From a virus (Duplodnaviria > Caudoviricetes), in IMG/VR virus record IMGVR_UViG_3300021062_000019, positions 1 through 53,828 of that record: a DNA stretch of 53,828 nt. One strand, 5' to 3'. The notes beneath the pieces were generated by a model. That model did not search any database, had not been told where the DNA came from, and worked only from the letters and a program-made list of their open reading frames with translations. The position numbers and the translations under genes are program-made. How positions within the stretch are numbered: the first letter of the stretch is position 1; the number at the start of each line of letters is the position of its first letter. Shown here piece by piece: positions 30,265 through 39,248 of the stretch.

Positions 30265-30635
30265 ATGAGAATAATAATTCTGAATTGCTAAGCCAAATAA
30301 TAGAACTCAAAACTAAATTAGATATGCACTTAACCATATCGCATAAAGTTGATGAAAAGCTTTCTAACACGAGTGATAAGTTTATAGCCCTAGAAAAAAC
30401 TGTTGAATCGTTAAGCGAAAAAATAGAAGCACTAGAGAAAGATAGAATTGAGCATTGCAATATCCTCCACAAAGGTACTGATAGAGAACCCTCCATAAAA
30501 GAACAATTAGCAATTATCCGCAAAGAAGGACAAGACAGAGAAAAGAAACAAAATTTAATCTGGGTGATTCTCGCTGTAACTTTCGCTGCCATTCAAGCTT
30601 GGCCTGTCATTTCACAATTTTTTAATAAACAATAA
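30261..30635 (+). CDS. Coiled-coil protein with C-terminal TM helix (holin/antiholin-like)
   Basis: TM segment LIWVILAVTFAAIQAWPVI; lies directly before the endolysin. Confidence 0.6.
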   Translation: MNENNNSELLSQIIELKTKLDMHLTISHKVDEKLSNTSDKFIALEKTVESLSEKIEALEKDRIEHCNILHKGTDREPSIKEQLAIIRKEGQDREKKQNLIWVILAVTFAAIQAWPVISQFFNKQ

Positions 30636-30657
30636 ATATTAATTAAAGGAATAGTTT

Positions 30658-31200
30658 ATGCAATTAACCTTAGAACAATTACAAGAAATTATGCCTTATA
30701 TGAAGAAACATAAGGAAAAAGCGGAGCAATATCTTCCTTTCCTTCAAGCTGCAATGATCGAAGCCTCAATTGATACTCCTCTTAGGGTAGCCGCTTTCTT
30801 AGCCCAATTAGCTCATGAGAGTGGAGAGCTTAAATACTTTGAGGAAATTGCGAGTGGTAAGGCTTACGAGGGCAGAAAGGATTTAGGAAATACTCAACCA
30901 GGTGATGGAATACGTTTCAAAGGTCGAGGCCCAATTCAACTCACCGGACGATTTAATTATGAGGAATGCGGCAAAGCATTAGGAGTAGATCTAGTTAATC
31001 ATCCTGAAAGAGCAGACGATCCTGACATTGCCTTTAGAACTGCTGCCTGGTTCTGGACTAAGCGGCGATTAAATATTTTTGCTGATAAAGGTGGTGGTTT
31101 TTTTGATGAGATCACTTTTCGTGTTAATGGTGGGTACAACGGCAAAGAGAGCAGAAGGAAGTACTACCACAAAGCTCTAGAAGTACTAGGAGCAAGATAA
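30658..31200 (+). CDS. Endolysin, glycoside hydrolase family 19
   Basis: AAFLAQLAHESG, FKGRGPIQLTGRFNY, AAWFW, VNGGYNG. Confidence 0.95.
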   Translation: MQLTLEQLQEIMPYMKKHKEKAEQYLPFLQAAMIEASIDTPLRVAAFLAQLAHESGELKYFEEIASGKAYEGRKDLGNTQPGDGIRFKGRGPIQLTGRFNYEECGKALGVDLVNHPERADDPDIAFRTAAWFWTKRRLNIFADKGGGFFDEITFRVNGGYNGKESRRKYYHKALEVLGAR

Positions 31201-31418
31201 TGCTCAGGATAAACAAGCTAGATCATATTTGGAGACTATTTATTATATTGCTAATCCTAGTAGGTGTATGGGTACCTACTAGGGCAGTATGGTTGGAAAC
31301 AATATCTAGGGATATAGTTGTTGCTATCATCACGCTAACTGTAAATAACAAAATTCAAAACCTCAAACAGGATAGCAAAGAAGTTACCATTAATAACACC
31401 GAGATTACTCCCAAATAA
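31200..31418 (+). CDS. Putative holin
   Basis: 72 aa with one or two hydrophobic segments; coupled to the endolysin stop. Confidence 0.6.
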   Translation: MLRINKLDHIWRLFIILLILVGVWVPTRAVWLETISRDIVVAIITLTVNNKIQNLKQDSKEVTINNTEITPK

Positions 31419-31472
31419 CCAACCAAATTTATTTCAACTGTTAATGTAATCCGTAAAAATAAGGAGAAATTT

Positions 31473-31904
31473 ATGAGCTTTAAGTCATTTTTTAAGGCTA
31501 TAGGTTCTTTGTTTACTAAAATTTTTGGTAATAAAAAACAAATAGAAGAAGGAATTAAAAAACTATCTGCTTTGGCTAAGCAAGCCCTACCTATTATTGA
31601 ATTAGTCGCTAAGGCTACACCAACTCAGGCGGATGATTTAGTTATTGCTGCCGCTAAGAATCTTGGCTATAGCATTAAGCAAATATATGAAAGTACAGAT
31701 GACTTAATAAAAGATGGTGGCAGACAACGTATAGCAGGTGAAGCACTTAAGCTAAAACTAATAGAACTGGTACAAAAAGAAGGAAAGGTAAAAGTAGACG
31801 ATTTTACTCTTAGTACAGTAGCAGATGTGCTAAACCTTGATAAGACGACACTTCTTACTGCTGTCCAAGCAGCTTTCTTTTTCTTCAAAGGTACAAAGAA
31901 ATAA
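31473..31904 (+). CDS. Lysis-associated protein with a cationic amphipathic N-terminal helix
   Basis: MSFKSFFKAIGSLFTKIFGNKK; last gene before the terminator; SD AAGGAG. Confidence 0.65.
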   Translation: MSFKSFFKAIGSLFTKIFGNKKQIEEGIKKLSALAKQALPIIELVAKATPTQADDLVIAAAKNLGYSIKQIYESTDDLIKDGGRQRIAGEALKLKLIELVQKEGKVKVDDFTLSTVADVLNLDKTTLLTAVQAAFFFFKGTKK

Positions 31905-31985
31905 CTTTGTAAGTCTCAACAAATCAACACTTTTTCATTAACTCCTCCTAAAAAGTAAAAATAAATAGCAAGATACCCAGCTATT

Positions 31986-32013
31986 GCCCACCTCTAACCA
32001 GGTGGGCTTTTTT
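31986..32013 (+). terminator. Intrinsic terminator ending the late operon
   Basis: GCCCACCT-CTAACC-AGGTGGGC followed by TTTTTT. Confidence 0.85.
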
Positions 32014-32104
32014 ATTTCTGCTATCGGGTTTGGAAGGGAAGTAGCTAAAACAAATTTGGTCACACCATCTGTAGTTGACATCCTTATGACTACGTAATAA
32101 GTAG

Positions 32105-33289
32105 CTAATTAATCAATTCCTTCTTCTCTCCCTCCTCCTGCTTCTCCTTCTTCTCTGGCTTCTGTGCATGGAACTGGTTTAGTGCTTCTGCTGCACGTCT
32201 AGCAGTATCAGTGTTAGCGTTTACGTAGCGATAGGTAGTGTTAGCCTGTGTATGGCCAAGGATTCTACCTACTTCTTGAAGCGGCAATCCTTGTTGGATA
32301 AGGCGTGTAGCTGCTGTATGGCGTAGATCATGGAATCGAAGATCTTTAATCTTTGCTAGTTTGCAGGCTGTTGCAAAGCTTCTTTTAATGGACTTAACTC
32401 CAAAGACTACTGCATCAGGATCACCAGTAGAAAGCTTGTGTAAAGCTTCTAGCTCTTGCTTTAATCTATAGCTAAGTGCTACCTGACGAGACGTAGAAGT
32501 CTTGGTGTTAAAAGCTTGAATGGTAATTAACCCATTATCAAAGTTTATATCTTTCCAGCATAAACTAAATATTTCTCCCTGCCTCATTCCTGTATCTAGG
32601 GCACAAATGATAATAGCTTTTAGGTGTACTCTTTCTTCTACGCATTGAGCTAATAATTCTTTCTCCTCCTGTCTACTTAAAATCCTCTCCCTCTTTACTT
32701 CATCAGCAGTGCTAATCAAATCACCCTTAGCGAAGGGAGATCTATTCAGCCATCCCTCATCAACAGCAATCTGCAATACTCTCCTAAGCAAAGATAGCTC
32801 ACGATTAACCGTTGTGATAGTTCTTGGCCTTTGAGTCTCTATCGGTTTTCCTTCTGCATCTTTCTTTACAGTGATAATGGGAGTTTTTAATCTGTGTAGT
32901 TTATAGTTGATTATATCGGCGTGTGAAATGGATTTGATTTTCTTATCTCCAAACCATTCCTTGACGGGTTTAAAATGGCTGGTGGCTTCTTTATGGGATC
33001 TCATACCAGAGATTTTACGAGTGGAGGAGTATTCAGCAGGTTTTAGGTAGTTAGCTGTAAAATATTCAGCCAGATCGTTAAAGGTCATTTGATCGGCTTT
33101 GAAAGTTTTTTCTCCATGATCTTCTAAGCTTCTTAGTAATTCTCTTAGTAGCTGTTTAGCTGCTGTTGCATTCTCTGCCCTTCGTTGGATATTTTTTCTT
33201 TTGCCTGACGAATCAGTAAATGTTAATCTAGCGAACCATCGACCTTGTTTATCTTTGCCTGTATACCCTGTAGTAATCTTACCAGCCAA
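32105..33289 (-). CDS. int: Tyrosine recombinase/integrase
   Basis: TGMRQGE, FHDLRHTAAT and LGH...TTYRY catalytic motifs; N-terminal arm-binding domain; GGAGG SD before a TTG start. Confidence 0.97.
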   Translation of the reverse strand: MAGKITTGYTGKDKQGRWFARLTFTDSSGKRKNIQRRAENATAAKQLLRELLRSLEDHGEKTFKADQMTFNDLAEYFTANYLKPAEYSSTRKISGMRSHKEATSHFKPVKEWFGDKKIKSISHADIINYKLHRLKTPIITVKKDAEGKPIETQRPRTITTVNRELSLLRRVLQIAVDEGWLNRSPFAKGDLISTADEVKRERILSRQEEKELLAQCVEERVHLKAIIICALDTGMRQGEIFSLCWKDINFDNGLITIQAFNTKTSTSRQVALSYRLKQELEALHKLSTGDPDAVVFGVKSIKRSFATACKLAKIKDLRFHDLRHTAATRLIQQGLPLQEVGRILGHTQANTTYRYVNANTDTARRAAEALNQFHAQKPEKKEKQEEGEKKELIN

Positions 33290-33318
33290 GTTTTTATCCT
33301 CCTAGAATGGATCAGGAG

Positions 33319-33593
33319 GTTAGCACATTAACACATTTGTTAACACATTTAGTTGCAGGTTATAGCTACTTATAGCCAGATCAAGCAATCTATAGCTATA
33401 TAACTAATTGATAATCAAAGGTTTTCGCAGGGTATAGCCAGATATAGCCGTCCCTACTATGGATGAGATCGTAGACTCCGGAGCCAAAGGCCGGGCGTTC
33501 GAATCGCCCAGGGTGTATATTTAGAATCAGTAAGTTAGAAGTGGTTTTGAGATCGTTGGTTTTTAGTATCAACACATCTGTTAACACATTTAG
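33319..33593. other. attP: core is the 3' half of a tRNA-Arg(CCG) (33476-33517), with arm-type and accessory repeats
   Basis: CTCCGGA loop, GCCAA, GGGCG-TTCGAAT-CGCCC T arm and AGGGTGTA acceptor strand, with no matching 5' half. GTTAACACATTTAG at 33339 and 33580. TATAGC at 33361, 33371, 33391, 33433 and 33443. Confidence 0.88.
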
Positions 33594-33598
33594 AAAAA

Positions 33599-33838
33599 TT
33601 AGGCTATTTTGGAATTTAGCTTTTTAGGCGTGTAGGTAGGTTGGACAGTACAAACTTCTAGTATTTTTTGAATATCCTGATCAGTGTATCTAATACAAGT
33701 ACCAAGGCGACGAAAGGGGATTTTCCCTTGTCGCCTTAATCTATATAGGGTGTAAGCTGATACACCAATCTTTTTAGCTGCTTCACTCTCACTATAAGTT
33801 ATTACCTCGCTCATCTCCTTCTCCTTCCTTATTTGCAA
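33599..33838 (-). CDS. xis: Excisionase-like HTH protein (start may be 33814)
   Basis: YSESEAAKKIGVSAYTLYRLRRQGKIP...IRY; adjacent to attP. Confidence 0.8.
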   Translation of the reverse strand: MQIRKEKEMSEVITYSESEAAKKIGVSAYTLYRLRRQGKIPFRRLGTCIRYTDQDIQKILEVCTVQPTYTPKKLNSKIA

Positions 33839-34215
33839 TCCATTCCTAAAACGTCATGGCAATAGTAATATTCAAGCCACTGACAAAACTCTTTAATTGA
33901 TTTATTAGAATTTTTCCAAACCCTTTTTATTAAAACTTGCTTTAGTCGGTCTTTGAATTCTGGGTTTAATTTCTTGTAATCAATTTTTTTATTAAAATTT
34001 TTCTCTAGTATTTCCTCTGTGTCGATTAAATGAAGCAGTTCGAGTTGTAGCCTAGAAAGATTAGTATTAATAATGTCGGTATCTTCAAAACCTTCTAGAG
34101 ACACGAATTCCTCTACTTCGCGAGTTCGCTTAGTATAGAAAATAGAGTCCTTGGGAATCCATCCCGTACCCCAGCCGTCAAGTTTTACCTGATCGATTAT
34201 TAAATTGCTCTGCAT
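33829..34215 (-). CDS. Hypothetical protein
   Basis: ORF with SD in the leftward operon. Confidence 0.6.
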   Translation of the reverse strand: MQSNLIIDQVKLDGWGTGWIPKDSIFYTKRTREVEEFVSLEGFEDTDIINTNLSRLQLELLHLIDTEEILEKNFNKKIDYKKLNPEFKDRLKQVLIKRVWKNSNKSIKEFCQWLEYYYCHDVLGMDCK

Positions 34216-34306
34216 AACCCTCTCCCTTATCTTTACATTTCAAAATAAACCCGCGAACAATCACCCCATATTTTGATAAATGGGCGATTATCAAGATAAG
34301 CTATCC

Positions 34307-34645
34307 TTACTGTTCTGCTACCAGAGAATCTAAAAGATTTTCAACCTGTGAATCATCCAGCTTAGAGATATCACTTATCAACAGCTTGAACTCATCACTT
34401 GTTTCCATTCTTTTACGAATCAGACCTTGCAGTAAACTAATCTCTTGATCGGTTGAAAGTTGCTCGGCTATTAAAAATGATTGAAATCTATCTAGCTCTT
34501 GGTCATTAAAAGTTAGCAGCAAGTTCACAATACCCTTAAACACTTGATTCTCTCTGTAAGTATGGAGTAGCACTTGTTCATTCTTCTGCCAGTGGGCTAA
34601 ACCTAATCGCTCTTTCATCTCTTGAGACATGATCTTTTTCTTCAC
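34307..34645 (-). CDS. Hypothetical helical protein
   Basis: Strong SD GGAGG before a GTG start. Confidence 0.65.
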   Translation of the reverse strand: MKKKIMSQEMKERLGLAHWQKNEQVLLHTYRENQVFKGIVNLLLTFNDQELDRFQSFLIAEQLSTDQEISLLQGLIRKRMETSDEFKLLISDISKLDDSQVENLLDSLVAEQ

Positions 34646-34663
34646 AATAACCTCCTAGCAACC

Positions 34664-35053
34664 TTACTCATAATGCAAAATGGTACTTATTAACTGGTTA
34701 ACCTGCCCTAAACTCAAACCCACAGCCAGTTTTAATAAGGTTTGCAACTCTGGCCTTTCTTGAGCTATTAGGACAGATTTTTCCAGCTCCTCATCAATTC
34801 GACCAGCAACGCTTATTAGCTTAGCTTCTTCTAGTTGTGACAAGCCTAATCCTTTACTTGCTCTTCTAAGCCAATTAAGACTAGGACTATAAGGGATGTA
34901 AGCGGCTTCAACCTTAGCCCAATAAGCTTGATCTAAACCACTCAGCTTACTTGCTTCTATTTGGGTTAGGTTACGAGATTTTCTTAATTCTTTAAGGTGT
35001 TTGCCCAGTGCTTTAGATCTCTCACGATTCTTTTTATATGCAATTTGTGGCAT
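34664..35053 (-). CDS. XRE-family HTH regulator
   Basis: LGKHLKELRKSRNLTQIEASKLSGLDQAYWAKVE. Confidence 0.85.
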   Translation of the reverse strand: MPQIAYKKNRERSKALGKHLKELRKSRNLTQIEASKLSGLDQAYWAKVEAAYIPYSPSLNWLRRASKGLGLSQLEEAKLISVAGRIDEELEKSVLIAQERPELQTLLKLAVGLSLGQVNQLISTILHYE

Positions 35054-35092
35054 CCCTTGTACCTCATAGGAGGCTGTTACCCCTCCTGGTTG

Positions 35093-35887
35093 CTAGTAGT
35101 TGACGACTATTAATAGGTTAGGAAGCTTTTCTTTGACCAACTCTTTGAAATCGTTTATTTCATCGGTGACAGCTTGAGCGATAACATTTTCTTTTTCTGG
35201 CCAAAGCAAAGAAAATTCAATGCCAGCTTTGCCGTTGGTAGTGCTTAAAGCCGAATCAATTTCTAGTTCAGCCTCATAAAATCTTTTAGAATCTCTAGCA
35301 AATTGTAGTTTAAGTTTTAACGTTGCAGGTAATGCAGTGTTGTTGGTTCCACCGTTTCGACCAAATTCAACAATAATAGAAGAACCACCTTTGCCCTGTT
35401 CTACTAAAGGCTGACTGTTAAATGTAGTCTTTTCATCAAATGAGACTTTTCTATACTGCCTCATAAATTCAGCATAGTTATCTACAAAAGAATCACGTAG
35501 ACTTTGAAAAACACGTATTAACTCAAGGTGAGATAATCTAGATCTTAACTTCTCAAGAACACGAGCTAGTTGTGGTGATAGCTTACGATGATAGGTAATA
35601 CTATCGTACTTATCTACTGCGTCTATTAGTAAGCATTTAGCTGAATTCTCGGCAAAGATAACTGTCATTCCTTTGCCGCCAGCTTGATCTAAACCTCTGC
35701 GGTTAGCTTCTTCCAGGACATAAGCAGCAAAACTTTCTATATTAGAAACTTGTCTTTCAAAATAAGGCACTTTAACTTTTTGATATTGTTTATTGTGGTC
35801 TGAATAAATGTATTGTCCGTCGATTGTGTCTATCAGTGGACTCCTAGACAATTCTGTTGTGAGCTTATCAATAACTTCTACTTTCAT
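35093..35887 (-). CDS. DUF2303/YfdQ-like protein
   Basis: Size, SNIESFAAYV start and overall layout; preceded by a small YfdP-like partner. Confidence 0.55.
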   Translation of the reverse strand: MKVEVIDKLTTELSRSPLIDTIDGQYIYSDHNKQYQKVKVPYFERQVSNIESFAAYVLEEANRRGLDQAGGKGMTVIFAENSAKCLLIDAVDKYDSITYHRKLSPQLARVLEKLRSRLSHLELIRVFQSLRDSFVDNYAEFMRQYRKVSFDEKTTFNSQPLVEQGKGGSSIIVEFGRNGGTNNTALPATLKLKLQFARDSKRFYEAELEIDSALSTTNGKAGIEFSLLWPEKENVIAQAVTDEINDFKELVKEKLPNLLIVVNY

Positions 35888-35901
35888 TGTTCGTAATCTC
35901 C

Positions 35902-36252
35902 TTAGTTGCTAATCTCATCATTCTCAAAATTAAAATTTGATTGGAATGGATTCTCAAAAAATGGCTCGCCTTTTTGATTGGTATAAAGCTTGATAGGTGT
36001 AGGAACTCCTTTTGCAGCTTTGGTATTTACCTTGGCAGAAAGTGCAACCTTGTGGTGTTCTTCCTTCTTAACAGAAAAGGTCACAGTTACAGTACTTTCT
36101 TTTCCATAACGATCAGTTGCTTCTATAGCTACATTGAGAGCATTGGTCATAGCATCATTAAGAAACATTGCTCGTCCACCTTCGCTTACTTCAATAGCTT
36201 CTATAATTTCCTTGCTCGTTACTTTCTCTAAAATGTCAGATTTCTTTTTCAT
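35902..36252 (-). CDS. YfdP-like partner of the DUF2303 protein
   Basis: GKESTVTVTFSVK...LYTNQKGEPFFENPFQ pattern and synteny. Confidence 0.55.
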   Translation of the reverse strand: MKKKSDILEKVTSKEIIEAIEVSEGGRAMFLNDAMTNALNVAIEATDRYGKESTVTVTFSVKKEEHHKVALSAKVNTKAAKGVPTPIKLYTNQKGEPFFENPFQSNFNFENDEISN

Positions 36253-36278
36253 AATGCATTACTCCTAATTAAATTAAT

Positions 36279-36590
36279 CTAAATAACTTCGCTAATTATT
36301 TCTTTTTGTTTATCTTGTTTCAGGATCACAGCTAAGGCTTCTTTTGTGTTGTGTATAACGTGGACTTGCCCTCTCCACTCCTCATGCCATTTCTTTTCTA
36401 GCTTTGTTAATTGCCTTTTTGAAGGTGGCTGCTTAGGATCTTTGACCTCAAACAGGTAATTGCAGCCACGAAAAGATACTAATAAATCAGGACAACCATC
36501 ACGAACGCTAGCCAAGCTTTGCACGGCACATCCCATCTGTCTGAGTTCTGCTACTATTTGAGCTTGATTGCTATCTACACGAGAGGGCAT
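36279..36590 (-). CDS. VRR-NUC-like PD-(D/E)xK nuclease
   Basis: RVDSNQAQIV...GCPDLLV...LFEVKD...W. Confidence 0.85.
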   Translation of the reverse strand: MPSRVDSNQAQIVAELRQMGCAVQSLASVRDGCPDLLVSFRGCNYLFEVKDPKQPPSKRQLTKLEKKWHEEWRGQVHVIHNTKEALAVILKQDKQKEIISEVI

Positions 36591-37420
36591 TGCCTACCCT
36601 CCACACTTGGGAAATCTGCCCATTGCCTACCATCTAAAACAGGGAGTGAGATCTTGTTTTTCTTCTCATCCATCGCTTGCTTGTAGAAGAAATCCACACC
36701 GAACTTTTTACACTGATCACGAAGCGACCTAACCCAATCGTCGCTCATAGGACGAACGCCTTTACCTTTGCCGCTTTCAGCCCCAGCAATAATCCACCTA
36801 ATTTTTGAATCATAAATATATTCTTGCATTATGTTAGTTACAGGATTAGAGATAGCTAAATATCTACTAATATCTATCTGCTCCAAAAGAGGCTCACAAC
36901 TTATAAATAAATTTCTAGCAGGAACTTGAAGGAGGAGAGGAAGAAATTTATCAACAGTTTTTTGGCTACCAGCACTAACACCAAACCAACAGTTATCAAG
37001 CTTATTTATAGTATCTCTATGGTTTCCTGTTTCCTCTAAAAACTTAATTAGATTTTCTGGCCTTTTAGTTAATATTAAAAATGTGTGCTGTTCGCATTTT
37101 TCTATCATTTCTAAAACATCGTGAATAAACCAAGTAGGCACATCTTTATGAAACAAGTCAGCCATTGAATTAACAAAAACCCTTTCAGGAGTTTTCCAAG
37201 TAAGAGGTAGTCTAAGTAAACTACGAATGATTTTTACTTCTCCTGTCCATCTAACGCCGTTCGAGGTTAGCTTGGTCAACCCTTCATAAGGTTGACCTTT
37301 CCCACTAAATCTGTGTGCTTGTTTTTCGGCATAACAATTTTGACATTCAGGAGCTACACGCTCGCAACCTCTAACAACATTCCAAACCTTAGTTGCCCAC
37401 TCAATTGTCGTGTCAGCCAT
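36575..37420 (-). CDS. DUF5131 (phage Gp37/Gp68) radical-SAM-like protein
   Basis: IEWATKVWN..RGC......CQNCYA, FVNSMADLFH, LTKRP, SCEPLL, GAESG, FFYKQ. Confidence 0.92.
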   Translation of the reverse strand: MADTTIEWATKVWNVVRGCERVAPECQNCYAEKQAHRFSGKGQPYEGLTKLTSNGVRWTGEVKIIRSLLRLPLTWKTPERVFVNSMADLFHKDVPTWFIHDVLEMIEKCEQHTFLILTKRPENLIKFLEETGNHRDTINKLDNCWFGVSAGSQKTVDKFLPLLLQVPARNLFISCEPLLEQIDISRYLAISNPVTNIMQEYIYDSKIRWIIAGAESGKGKGVRPMSDDWVRSLRDQCKKFGVDFFYKQAMDEKKNKISLPVLDGRQWADFPSVEGRQCPLV

Positions 37421-38449
37421 TTACTTACCTACCTTCTGCTGCTTCTCAGTAGCTTCTTTGATAGCCTGCTTTTTCTTATTGATCCAGATTCGTAGCTGAC
37501 TATCCTCAAACTTGTCATAGCCCTTTGGTAGTCTGTCACAGTTAGGATCAACGCTTTCTAGCTCTGCTTGGAGGTCACAGAGTTGGCCTAGTAGAGGGTT
37601 AGGAGGAGGTGCTTCAACAACTGGCTCTGGCTGTATATCAATAAATGTATCTGTTTTGACTTCTTGTGTGGGTTGTGGCTCTGGAGCTTCTACTGGCAGT
37701 GTTGGTATATCAGCACTGGTTAGCTGAGGAACTCGTGAGTAATCAATCTCGTGTTGTTCTTCAATCTGGCTAGCTCGTTCAACTTTAGCTAAGCCTGGTA
37801 TGTTGTAGGGAAGTAGCTTGCATAATCTTTTGATTACAGTCTTTTTGGCCATCTCTGGATAATCAGTAACCCAGGGGCCGTTATTGGCTGATTTGGATTT
37901 CTTTCTAATGTGGTCAATATCTGCTCTCTCCATTACGCAATGCTTAACTCTGCCACTAGCGAGATAAGCAATTGCATAAGCTGCTACAACTTCACCTCTA
38001 TTTGTTCCTACTTTTTCAGGTGGCTTATGCTTAATAAAAGGATTGGTTCCTAATTCATATTGAAAGAAATCTTTTTCATAAACACATTCTGACACTATAT
38101 CCTCAACAAATCCTTGCTCTTCCACTAGCTGAATGTAGCCACGATAACCAATCTGAAACTTAGCTTCATTGCCATAAGGCACGAGCCAAGCTAGTCCTAA
38201 TTTATTAACTGGTAGTCCTAAAGTAGCTGCATCATAAGCTGCTAGCGCTATTGATTCTGCTGTACATTTTTGCAACGCTACAGAAGCTGCTACGGTCGTA
38301 ATAACACTTGCTATATACAAATCCGCGCTATGACCTTTAGGCAATACTTCTATAAACTTCGGTTTCATCGTTGCTAATAAAGCAGATACTTTCTTGGTTG
38401 GCACCAATTGTTGATTCTGATTCTGTTGACTCTGTGTTGTTGCTGACAT
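37421..38449 (-). CDS. recT: RecT-family single-strand annealing protein
   Basis: AWLVPY...FQIGYRGYIQL, AAYAIA, PWVTDYPEMAKKTVIKRLCKLLP. Confidence 0.93.
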   Translation of the reverse strand: MSATTQSQQNQNQQLVPTKKVSALLATMKPKFIEVLPKGHSADLYIASVITTVAASVALQKCTAESIALAAYDAATLGLPVNKLGLAWLVPYGNEAKFQIGYRGYIQLVEEQGFVEDIVSECVYEKDFFQYELGTNPFIKHKPPEKVGTNRGEVVAAYAIAYLASGRVKHCVMERADIDHIRKKSKSANNGPWVTDYPEMAKKTVIKRLCKLLPYNIPGLAKVERASQIEEQHEIDYSRVPQLTSADIPTLPVEAPEPQPTQEVKTDTFIDIQPEPVVEAPPPNPLLGQLCDLQAELESVDPNCDRLPKGYDKFEDSQLRIWINKKKQAIKEATEKQQKVGK

Positions 38450-38930
38450 TATTTTCTTCCTCCTCCTTAATTTCCTTCCATATTGATTGTGAGTTTTGTA
38501 TGAAACTACCTGTTACATATAAAGGGACTTTCATTCTGTAATTGCCGTTGTTACCATTTTGTTCTAGGTAAACATTTATTCCTAAACTACTTAATTGTTT
38601 TGCCACTTCTAAAATTCCATCCTTCTCCCACCCTGTAAACATCCAGTACAAAGGATTCTGCTGATCTGCATTCCTACACTTACATCCTGGTAATGTAGGA
38701 GGTGTAAGCTTCTTGACTGGTTTAGTTGGCTCTAGTTTTTCCTCAACGAATGGACGGCCTAGCTTTAGAACAGCACCATCCTCAACTAGAAAGCCTTTAC
38801 TAACTGCTTTTGTGATTGCTTCGCTACGATGATCCAAGCAGCTATTTAGCATGATCCAATCGCTGCAACCTTTCTCTACCTCTTCTACAACCTTTCTTAT
38901 TTCTTCATCAGTGACAGGTTTTTCTCTCAT
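38337..38930 (-). CDS. Hypothetical protein, paralog of 42008..42685
   Basis: Shares a YW(M/L)FTG...LGI...NG.NG.Y block with 42008..42685. Confidence 0.65.
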   Translation of the reverse strand: MREKPVTDEEIRKVVEEVEKGCSDWIMLNSCLDHRSEAITKAVSKGFLVEDGAVLKLGRPFVEEKLEPTKPVKKLTPPTLPGCKCRNADQQNPLYWMFTGWEKDGILEVAKQLSSLGINVYLEQNGNNGNYRMKVPLYVTGSFIQNSQSIWKEIKEEEENNVSNNTESTESESTIGANQESICFISNDETEVYRSIA

Positions 38931-38936
38931 AACTAC

Positions 38937-39248
38937 CTACTTCTTGCTGGCTATATCAAAAAAGAATTGTCTCCATCCTGAGATCTCAGGTCTTTTAATT
39001 GGTTCGTAGTTTCTAGGCATTTCAACAACCCTATGTGGGCGATCATCAACTGCTGGTTGTGTTGCAGGAGCTACAGGAGCTAGCCCTATTTCCTGAGAGA
39101 ATGCTTGCTTTTTCTCTGCATGCTTCTCTATTAGCTGTTGAGCTAGTAGCCTAGTAGGGCTTTTGCTTGGCACCAACTGCAAAGGTTCTTTAGGTTGTAT
39201 TCGTTGCACTTTAGGCAATGCTACTTCTGCTAATTCTGGGAGAGACAT
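38937..39248 (-). CDS. Hypothetical protein
   Basis: SD GGAGG; coupled to neighbouring ORFs. Confidence 0.6.
   Translation of the reverse strand: MSLPELAEVALPKVQRIQPKEPLQLVPSKSPTRLLAQQLIEKHAEKKQAFSQEIGLAPVAPATQPAVDDRPHRVVEMPRNYEPIKRPEISGWRQFFFDIASKK

Noticed and set aside
33440-33520. Complete tRNA-Arg gene
   Set aside because: There is no 5' acceptor strand or anticodon-stem partner; only the 3' half is present, as expected for attP.
33396-33587. 63-aa minus-strand ORF
   Set aside because: It overlaps the attP core and repeats and has no protein-like features.
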